Of a stretch of 64,000 nt of DNA, positions 1 to 10,300 are shown one piece after another. Position 1 is the stretch's first letter. The number at the start of each line of letters is the position of its first letter. Source of the stretch: Octopus sinensis (taxonomy: Eukaryota). The translations under genes and the position numbers were made by a program. The notes beneath the pieces are model-generated. The model ran no database searches. It saw only the letters and a list, made by a program, of their open reading frames with translations, and was not told the origin of the DNA. The stretch is from assembly GCF_006345805.1 (NCBI RefSeq), contig NC_043003.1:91326001-91390000 (forward strand). Reading direction: 5' to 3'.

Positions 1-477
1 GTAGGGTGCATGCGTGTATTTGGATGTATGCGTGTATGCATAAACATTGTTTATGCCAAAAAGCAAAAAACAAATAACCTTAGAAAATTGTAAGCATTCA
101 TGCGAAAGTCACTGGGGTGTAGTCCATGCATGCGAAATACTTGTTTTGTTGCATTTCGTTGTTTTGTAAAGCTGACCGAGGTTAGTTAGCAGCAGCGAGA
201 ATCTTAGGCGACGTATTCGGGAGTGCAGCTACATATTCAAATGGGTTTTAATAGTTTGCCGTATTGCTTGTGTACGTGGCCCAGCTTATACATGGGAATC
301 GCAAATTTTCACCGGATTATTTTCAAATGGGTTGTTTTGCATGCTGACGACGAAAATAACATTCATTTTTTTCTGGAAATTAATATTAAAGAATTTACAT
401 CAATGTTGAAAATTTGAGAAAATTTATGTTATTGATGGGCATCATTTTTTTTTTCATATTAAATTCCGATACCACCT

Positions 478-2095
478 ACAGGGTATTTATAGAAAATTCT
501 ATCCAAAAATATCTATTTTTCTGAAAGTTATGAGGAAACGAAGTTCGAAGTAGGAAGCATATTTGCGTATGTATGTATATATATATATATATAAGTAGTA
601 TCGAAAGTTTCTGTAGAAAGTCAGTGCTTGGAATGAACGTATGTAGCGTGTGATCGTCGCATTAGACATGACAGAGAAAGTTGTCATGGTGATACCGGCT
701 CAGAGGCCTACGCAAAGTTGCAAAAAGTGTAATGGAAAGGAGTGTATGAACCGCTCACAAGTGTACGAATGATTCAGACGTTTCCAAGATGGCCGAAAAA
801 ATGTCGCTATAGACCCGCAACCAGCAGAACTGAGAAAACAATGCAGCTGTGAGGGGAAATCGTCGAATCTGTGAGTTATCAGAGGATGTGCAGATTAGTT
901 ACGGTTCAGTTCTAGTCCATTATCACTGAAAATTTAGGATGTTATTATAGTATGCGATCCACCACGGTGCCAAACAGGGTTATCTACCTTATCTTTCAGA
1001 TATTCTAGAGATAAAATACTTGAGATATTTCAGATCATTTTTTTTTTTTTTTTTTTTCAAAATCATAGTTTTAGCAACTAACCATGATCACTCAATGGCC
1101 TGAGCGTGTGCTCCAGTCACTGGATCCACATAATGTCATTGATGGTTCGCTGTCAGATGGTGGTAACCTATGGCATTTAAATTATTATAAGCGGGCCACT
1201 CATCTGAATGAATTAGTGAACATTTTTCATTCTTTTTCAATAATTAGTATCAGACTGTTCCACACAGAAGTATCGACAGTCTGCGACCAAAAACCTACGG
1301 CCCATTAATTCTACGTCTATGGTTCCAGTTGTGTAGTTGTTCCGCATTACTGTCTTCGAAGAGAGGAGCGTTGTCGCTATTCAGCATTCTTCCTCAATTG
1401 TATTTTCCTCGACCAGCAAATCTTGTTTCTTCCATCTGAATGGAGTTATCGTTTGTTTCAACCATCTGCCCTCGTCATTCATGATAAACTATGACTCCAC
1501 ACACCCCACGGCACATACTGTACCAGTCATTTATGTTTTTAGATTTTACTGTTAGAGTCACTCCTATGGTCATGGGTAGATCCATGACAAAGAAAAATAT
1601 TAGTTCTAAATTCTCACTGAGACTCAACTTGAAGTTTAATTTGTTAATGTCCGTATAATGGAAAACATTGGTTTCCTTTACTAACTAAACATGTAAGGTA
1701 GATAACCCTGGCTATACTGTTTGACAACGTGGTAGACTGCATACTATTAGCATAAGATTTGATTATGAGACGCGTGTCTGCCAAGTTGGTGCCAAAACTG
1801 CTTTCAGCTGACCAAAAAGACATTCAGGTTTCATTTGCACAAAATGTTGATTGTATCGAAAACGATGAAAACTTTGCGTAGGCCTCTGAGCAGGTATCGC
1901 CATACTTTTGGCAAAATTTGATGCAGATTCTTTGCTCAACTTTCTGTCATAGCCAATGCGATGATCACACGCTACACACCTTCCTTCCAAGCACTGCTGT
2001 AGACAGCGAAAGTTAGCTAGAATGTTAAAACTTAGTGCGCATGCATAGCAGAGTTCAAGGTTAATTAGTGCCAACAGTTCGGATACTTATTGATG
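478..2095 (+). mobile_element. Decayed, internally deleted mariner transposon interrupted by a Merlin element
   Basis: HTH remnants SEAYAKLQKV..CMNRSQVYE*FRRFQDGR..ISYGSV..IITENLG (about 700-938) resume as MRRVSAKLVPKLLSADQK at 1765; boundaries approximate. Confidence 0.75.
939..1753 (-). mobile_element. Decayed Merlin/IS1595-like (ISXO2 DDE) DNA transposon
   Basis: Imperfect 50-60 bp TIRs (939-991 and 1694-1753); minus-strand remnants FAGRGKYN*GRML, RINGP*VFG, IHSDEWPAYNNLNAIGYHHLTANHQ*HYVDPVTGAHAQAIE. Confidence 0.8.
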
Positions 2096-2779
2096 AGACC
2101 ATGTATATAGTCAATAGAGATGACTAGTTAATAGTGTACCGGCAGTTTGGGTTACCTCAGGTTTCGAAATACATATTTGTAAACAACTGTTTAATACCCT
2201 CCCTCCTGAAAATTTGCTGCACCAGATAACTGTGTGTACGTGTACATAAGTGCATTCGAGTGTGAACGCGTATATACATATGCATGTTCATTCAAGAATG
2301 AAAGTAGTTGAAGGGAGATAACTCAAGCTACTGTTTCTAATACTTCAAAGATTTGTAATGCAAGCTGTTCCATGCTAATGAGATGTAACCGAGAATATAT
2401 TTGGTAAAAATTTTATCTAAACATGAGTTCATTAATCCTCTAAGCGGTTGTTGCTTTGCCTCAAATCTGCTTCAAGTGAGCAGACTTATGAATTACCATC
2501 CCATCTTTTATTTTCCCTCAATCATTGAGTATCCAGGTCTACACTAACAAATGTTCTGTTTAAAAGATAACGTAATATACTTGAGATTTGAAAGATAAAT
2601 GACGACTCTTTTTAGCAGGTAAACAACGTTATATCTCGTTTGTTCAAAGATATGATAAAGCGAAGTTAATTGAAAAAGAAAAACGATATCGCTGACACTG
2701 GTTCAATTATTTTGGACACAAAGCATTGATAATAGATCTAATAGTGCTTCGTGTCGGAAATATTTTTTAAATACAATTT

Positions 2780-3270
2780 TTCTTGTGTAGTGATAAATAT
2801 GGCAGAAATGCATTATAGCCTCCATTTAAGGCATAAGCGATCCTGGCCAGCGATATACGGTTGCAGATATTCGGATTGTCGGGTTATTAGAAAGTGGTTC
2901 GATGGCTGCAAGCTGGTAAATTTCCTACTACACCAGACAAGCTCTGTTTGGTAGTATTTCGCCCATCTTTACGTTCTCAGTTCAAATTCTGCCGAGGTCA
3001 GCTTTGTCCTTCATTCTTGGGCGGGGAGGGGATAGAATAAGAACTGGTCAAATACTTGAGTCAAAATTTCAAGCCTTGAAAAAGAAAGGATATTAAGTAA
3101 GGATTAATAGGAAGTGGTTTGAAAGCTATGAGCTGGTAGAATCATTAGCACACTGCACAAGCAAGGTATAAAAGTTTAGCCAATCAAGCTTAGGGCTTTA
3201 ATTCCAAGATGTTCAGCAGCATTTCATCCATCTTTAAGTACCAAGTTCAAATTCTGCTATGGTTGACTTT
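2780..3270 (+). mobile_element. Cluster of degraded tRNA-derived SINE copies (family B)
   Basis: Recurring gagctggtagaatcattagc / gttcaaattctgccgaggtcagcttt motifs shared with the 37.5-39 kb array. Confidence 0.6.
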
Positions 3271-3589
3271 ACTGTATGAAAACCAAGACCACTTTCAAAC
3301 CTGCAACAGTATATCGCTGAGGCTGGCCAGGATCGCTTATGCCTGAAATAGAGGCAATAATGCATCTTGGGGGTCAACCAGCACTGAGGCTGAATCAGTT
3401 CTGTTCAGCTTTCACTTTTCCAGTCCTTCAATTTTGTTCCAATTGATTTCAAATGTGGTACTGATGTTTGTATGGTAATTATGAAAATGAAACTCATCTT
3501 TGCTTCAAATTAATTAAAAAGCCTAATGACTGTTTGCAAATTTTGGGTAATTTTAGTCAATTGAAAGCCACAAATAACAGGGCATAAAT

Positions 3590-3960
3590 ATGCTCCTCTG
3601 CTGCAGAAACTGCAGGACGCCATCAAAGCAGGTGTGGCATGCTGCCTTGGAAGAGTCCATCTACAAGACAATGCCCCAGTTCATTATACACATTGCCCAG
3701 ATGAGAGACTGGTTATGAAATCTTTCCTCACCCACCTGACTTCCCACTGTCTCCAACCATGAAGTCTCTTTTGAAGGGAAAGCACTCTTCTGATAATGAG
3801 CATATTTCCAAGTTAAAATCTTGGCTCCAGACAAGTTCTTCGTAACTGCATAAAGCAATGAGAGAAGTGTATCACCATCGGTGATGGCTATGTAGAATGA
3901 CTAATAATTATGCTAAGTTTCATTTACCCCAATCCTTGACAAGGACGGAAATCTTTAACT
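3590..3960 (+). mobile_element. Mariner transposase C-terminal remnant
   Basis: LLQKLQDAIK...LQDNAPVH...GYEIFPHPP..DF..MKSLLKGKH, frameshifted. Confidence 0.65.
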
Positions 3961-5524
3961 CTTTCATTACCACCCCAGTTCTGAGTACAAATGTCTTGTT
4001 TTTATAAGTTTTTAATTAAAATCTTCCAAACCTTAGTCACAATTTGTTCCTAACACTAGCTGAATGATTAAGTTATTTTACTAAATTCTTTGTTATATTT
4101 GAACTGAAAGAAACAGTGCATCTCAAAATAAATACAACAAAAGGGCTAATGAATACCCCTTGTATGCATTAACCTTTTTGACTGCCAAATAAAATTTTCT
4201 AAAGTCATTCCTGTAATGTAAATTATTCACAAAAAAAAATTCCACTTTTGCAATACATTTTCAGTATCTCCTAAATGTTGTTTTCCTACCCACCAGTATA
4301 AGTATTTGATTCTTGTTATTTGATGCGAAAAAATTAAAATATGAAAAATTGTCTTTTGTGAAGTGTGGATGGGTCTCCACCTCTCACAGCAGTTTTCTTT
4401 TCTTTCCTAAATTTTAGAGTAAAACCCAATTTCTCAATTAACATAAAATTTTCTGAATTTGTCCACTGTTAAAAGGATTAACAAAAATAAAATTATCCAG
4501 CTTGATATGTCACTGAAGGAAGGTGTAATTGCCCATGACATCAGAAAAAGTAAACAGTCAAATCATTAAGTATGATCAGACTAAGTAAAACATAAGCTCA
4601 CTTATTTGCTTGTTTATGCACTAAATACTTATTCAGCTTTGAAGCTGCAATGTGAAGGTTTCTTTAACACATTCCACATAGTTGCAAGTTGGGGAAACAC
4701 TTGAGTGGTACTTTATCGATGTGGTGAAGCCAAAGCATTTGACCCGGTCATAAAAACAAAAAAGAAAGTAGTGTAATAGGTGTAAAACAACTTCCACTAA
4801 ATGAATATGACAAAAAAAATGCGCAGCAGGTTTAATGCTTTCCACAAATAGGAATCTAGAGGTATTGCTTTAAAAAATTGGCACAAATGCCTGGGCAAAC
4901 CACCAATCCTCAATCTATCATCTGAGTGTGCACCAAAGTGTTTGTAGGATCTACAAAATTTTCGCTGTGGTTGACCCGTAAGTGGGTATACCCAAGATTT
5001 CCCAGAGAATTATATGCAGCCCAAGAATCGCTATATACTATGGACCCTTAGCATATATAGAGGGATCAGTGTGGCAGCATCTTGCCTTTCATCTCGTTCT
5101 ATCCCACTGAAAAGCCAGATAGTTTTTATAAGTCTTCTACAATTATATTTTCTCCTTACAATAACCGACTCAATTTCCACTTTGACCCCTGGTCCAGATT
5201 TAATCCTGGGGATTTTCTACCCAATGCTGACAAACCTCCTAACAGAAGGATGGTCAATCAACTGAGGTCAGATATGAAATCCTCAAATTCTCCATGACTA
5301 ATGCATGTGACCAACAGTCTGTGAGAAAGTAGTTCACAAACAAAAGAACTTTACAGGGTGGTACCTGGCTCCACTCTAAAAAGGTGTTATAGTACAGGGA
5401 TACAGAATATCCAATCAGTGGGCCAAGCTAAATGACATGTAAGGCAATCTACAGTACAGAACATTAGTGCCTGTCATTATTAAATTGGCGAATTCCATCT
5501 TGTAATGTCAATTCACATGAATTA

Positions 5525-5826
5525 CTGTCTTCTGCTATAGCCCCAGGCCGACCAATGCCTTGTGAGTGGATTTGGTAGACAGAAACTGAAAGGGGTGTGT
5601 GTGTGTGCGTGTGCGCGCGCGTGTTTGTGTTTGTCCCCCTAGCATGGCTTGACAACCGATGGTGTGCTTACATCCCAGTCATTTAGCGGTTCGGCAAAAG
5701 AGACCGATAGAATAAGTACTGGGCTTACAAAGAATAAGTCCCAGGGTCGATTTGCTCGACTAAAGGCAGTGCTCCAGCATGGCCGCAGTCAAATGACTGA
5801 AACAAGTAAAAGAGTAAAAAGAGAGT
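5525..5826 (+). mobile_element. tRNA-derived SINE family A, 5'-truncated
   Basis: High identity to copies at 52428, 55990 and 63683; internal (GT)n and agtaaaag tail. Confidence 0.8.
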
Positions 5827-6306
5827 GGGGAAGGGTTGTTCACATTTCGAACCCTTTGTTGTAATACCATGATCTTATTTCAGACTTAAAACGATAGTTA
5901 TGGTTTTAAAAAGAATAGCATCAAAAATTTAATTCTTTTCTTTTCCACAAGAAAGCAGTTTTCTTGATTGCCTTTTTTTTCATTTCGAATAAAATTCAAC
6001 ACAGCAACTTATTTCACCCTTTTCCCTGAAGCTTTAAAATATTTGTTTTGAAGACACTACAATTTTAACAGCTATAATGTTCAGCATATCATTGGTTACT
6101 GTGTGAAAATTTGATCTTTTTTCATGAACCTGCTCTGTAATTCAGTGTGGTAGCATGCGTTTGTGTCTAAATATTTCCTGTCTTTGAAACCATGGCAAAC
6201 CCCTGACAAAAACTGCATCTCTTGTCAGTGAACATGTCTCACTTTCAAAGCGACAAAAATATCGACATTGAAATGTTATTTAAATGTTGCAGTGAACCAA
6301 CCATTT

Positions 6307-6361
<55 letters not shown>

Positions 6362-7330
6362 CTTGATAATTGATTAGAACAAGTAGTTTTACACCAATTA
6401 CACTATTTTCTAATTTCTTTCCGACCCGGGTCAAACACTATAGGCCATGGACTGAAGATGTGAATTTTCCAAGTCCTCTCCCCCACCCGCCTTCGCGAGC
6501 GCGCATTTTTTTTATGTCATACGTTTAAAGCAAGATGTTTTGCACCTATTACACTATTTTTTTGCCTGTTTTTATGACTGGGTCAAACGCTCTAGTTTAA
6601 CCATCGATGCCACGGGATGAAATGCGAAGTTGATCTTGGTGTATAAAGAACCGGAAAAAACTCAATCCAACACTAATAATTCTAATTCACTTTCCTGACA
6701 TTTGTCATTGAAATGGCTACATAAAGAAAACAATGGTAAAAAAAAAATGAAAATGCGCGGTCTCAAATTTGCTTGCATCTTTTTGCTATATCCCCCCCTC
6801 TCCCATGAGTTAGGTGACACTTAACCAGCAATGTTGGTTCCTCCTCTTCGCCAGTTTTGCTCCTTAACAGTAAGTCATGTCCCTTCACTTGCTTTCCAAA
6901 CACAGCTTCAATCCCACTGCATAGAACCTTCCTTTCATGAACCCAACCCTTGCAAGTGAATTTGGCCAGTTGAAAAGTTTCATGTCATGCATGACTCCAT
7001 CTTGAAAATTGCAAGGTAGTTGTAAATGAGCACCACTGTTCTATAAGCAACGTTCCCACTCTAATGAGAAAAAATAGCATTTACTTGAAAATATGACAGG
7101 ATAGACATCCACTCAGAAAACCTGCCTCAATTCTCATCCAACTCATGAAAGCATGTACTAAGTACACATTAAGGCAATGCAGGTCAAAATCATGTTACGT
7201 CAAATATCCACAAAGCAAAAGGCTGCCAAACCCTTCTGCAGATATGAAGATCTATAAGAAATAGAAACGGTTTATCTATTTCCATAACACAATCAAAAGA
7301 AAAAGAAAAAACATGTCTAATGTCACTTTT

Positions 7331-7336
7331 TTTATT
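7331..7336 (-). terminator. RPL3 polyadenylation signal AATAAA
   Basis: AATAAA on the minus strand 18 nt after the RPL3 stop; short 3' UTR typical of ribosomal protein genes. Confidence 0.8.
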
Positions 7337-7354
7337 ACAGACTCTTCAAACACT

Positions 7355-7396
7355 TTATGCAGCCTCCTCCTTAAGACGATCCTTTTTGAGTGGACC
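7355..7396 (-). CDS. RPL3: RPL3 exon 8 (last coding exon)
   Basis: tacag|[16 protein letters not shown]. Confidence 0.95.
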   Translation of the reverse strand, partial: GPLKKDRLKEEAA

Positions 7397-10300
7397 CTGT
7401 AAAAGAAAATGTATTTTTGTAAATATAATGTAAAATACTGTTCATTTTGTATAATAAACAGTAAAATGAACATGTATCAGCCATTGGCGTCAGAGTAATG
7501 GTAAATATCACACTCTAAGCATTTAGACTGAGCTTTAATATTCGAGACTCACAGCACCAAGAAATTACCGACAAACAGCTCAGTGACTCTTGAGCTCGGA
7601 AAAAATATCAGACTGACTGCAACACTTGATAGTGCATATTTAAATTACAATTCAAATAAGGAACTTTACACAAACATCTTCACATACAGACATATCAACT
7701 TTAACCAGATTTCAATTCATCACAAGAACAATAAAACACTTACCATAAAGTTTCTCTTTTCAGCCAATGTTTGGAAGCGACCATTTCCAAATTTACTGGC
7801 AGTATCAATAAACTTCAATGTTATCTTCTCCAGAGCCTTACGCTTGAAGTGAGTCAGGAGAGACTAAAAAGAAAAAGAAAAAAAAAATCGAATTACAAAA
7901 TGTTGATGGCTGCCTGGTTTAGAAGCTTGGTTACAAACCATGTCTTTTGGTTTAAATGCAAACTGTATGACACGTCTGTACAATTTATATGTGGTAGAAG
8001 CATACAAAAAGGAAAAAATACCAGCAAAATATAGACTAAGCTACAACCTCCAGTATAAACTGGTAAAGATCACAAAGAAACACTACAAATACATTCTTTC
8101 CATACATGTTCTTGCTGGATCGTCCAATCGATGCCAGCATGGAAGAGACGTTGAAACAATTATTGTTTATGCACTAAATACCTTGGCAGGTATTTAGTGC
8201 ATAAACAAGCAAATAAGTGAGCTTATGTTTTACTAAGTCTGATCATACTTAGGAAATTTCATATATTTTATAAGTTTCTGTGTGATCTCATTTTGTGTAG
8301 AACATTTAATTTTAATGGAATTCAGGATATTTACCTTACGCATAGTAAGAATCCTTTTTCTGGGTCCCATAACACAGCCTTTTAACATCAGGAAATCTTG
8401 ATTCACTTTACCATAGTGAGGGAAGCCACCGACAGGAGTGATGGATTTGTCAGTTGGATCATATTCAGTAGCAGCATTGTTTTTAACTACTTTACCTTCA
8501 TGGGTGTGAATACCACGACCAACACGATAGATTTTTTTGTTGATCTCAGTACGATGATGATAACCTTTTTGACCAGCTCTTGCTACAGAATACTGGACTC
8601 TGCTAGGATGCCAAGCACCAATACAAGCAACTTTTCGCAATCCTTTGTGAGTTTTCCTGGGCAGCTTTTTGGTATGCCAACGAGAAGTAACACCTGAAAA
8701 GATAAATTTAAATTTTTGGCACTGTCATGCTTTTAGTTGTCAGGAGGAAAGTAGAAAAAGTGTGACATCCACCTTCGTTTCTTTCCGTAGAATTTATCAA
8801 AACGCATGTAAATTTATCAAATTAAAAAACAAAAATTTATCAAAAACGCGTGTAAACATATCAAATTAATAAACGCAAATTATTTAGAATGTAAAAATAT
8901 TATTTTCAACAGAGAATTTATCAAAATAAAACAAATGAAGCTTGAAGTTAAGTTTTAAAATAAATATGATACTTATGCTCTGTAGATACTTATACTCTCT
9001 AAGGTCTCAAACACATGGATATAGCTGTCGAATTTACTCCAATAACTTTCCGAATATATCAAAATATATCAACATAACGCCACATGAATTCGATGAGATG
9101 GGTCTGAAGTAAATTTCGAGCTGTTCCATTTTCTCTTTTGTTACAATTCTTCACATGCATCCATAAACATTCTAAATGGTTGGTTGTGGCAAATGTTACC
9201 GGATCAACAAAATTTATTGAATGATTCACGGTCAAATGCCTGTGTCCTAGCTGATTGAGCGTATTGTACGAACGCGAAAGGTCAGAAATTATGGTTGTAC
9301 CAGGCAATATACGGTCTTGTATAATTTGTAAAAGAGTGTCCGCTCTTCCAATGCCACTAAAAAACATCTGGTATCTCTTTCTAAAGCGCCAAATACCCAC
9401 TGCGTTTTAACCCGATGGCCAACATATTTTCTTCTAACAAACACGCTCTCGTCTATCTCTACAATTCAGTTCGGCCCTCCGAGCTTAATGTTTTGTGCAA
9501 CATAATTTTCTGCACATATATCACGGCAAAAATTCCTCCAATCTGTTACGGCTACATTTGCTATATAACATTCCTGTCCTATTCCCTTTGCTAAATCTTT
9601 TGCCCAATACAATATATCTATAATTTGTTGACACTTCAATTTACTATTTTCTAAAAATGTTCCTTTTCTAATTGGAACTGTTTTTCTACAAGGCCTTCCA
9701 CATGACCATATTACTTCATCCGACAAATTTTTTTTCGCTATTTCACTCATGCTACCTCCACACGATATACATATTTTCTGGGTATTCAAAAGTCCATGTC
9801 TCCTAAGACAATGCTATCTGCTGTATTTATTTATAAAATGTATTTATTCATAAACTTTAAACTGAACTTGTTTTATAAACCTAGCGTGGTGGTACGTAAA
9901 TAAACGGCGTAAATTAACGAAGGTATAAACCTGACGCAAATACACAATTGACGTCCGACGTCAGATTTTTCTACTTTCACTTCTGACAACTAAAGGCATG
10001 ACAGTGCCAAATTTTTCCTTGAGTATATTAGAAATTACATAAGAAAGCCATCAGATACAAGTGGCAACACCCCCTCCGCACAACGTAAATAATACTAGTT
10101 TTCCAGTAAAACCTACTCACCTTTCATACCCTTGCCACGGGTCACACCAATTACATCAATTAATTCATCTTGCTGGAAGACATCAGCAATGGATATTGGC
10201 TTCTCCAAATTGGCTCTAGCCCACTTCACCTTATCTTCAGTGGTGCCACCATTCAGCTGAATTTCACAAATATGTGCCTTCTTGGTGCGCTTCCTGAGCT

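Noticed and set aside
7608-7723. Box C/D snoRNA (GTGATGA at 7723-7717 with downstream CTGA)
   Set aside because: C box only 20 nt from the donor, no terminal stem and no recognisable guide; the H/ACA reading of this intron fits better.
8233-8334. C-terminal extension of track ORF 8233..8640
   Set aside because: Intron read-through past the donor at 8334; the real protein continues in exon 7.
9059-9789. Bacterial IS1595 contamination or horizontal transfer
   Set aside because: Lies in a spliceosomal intron with a TSD and host-like AT content; fits the eukaryotic Merlin superfamily.
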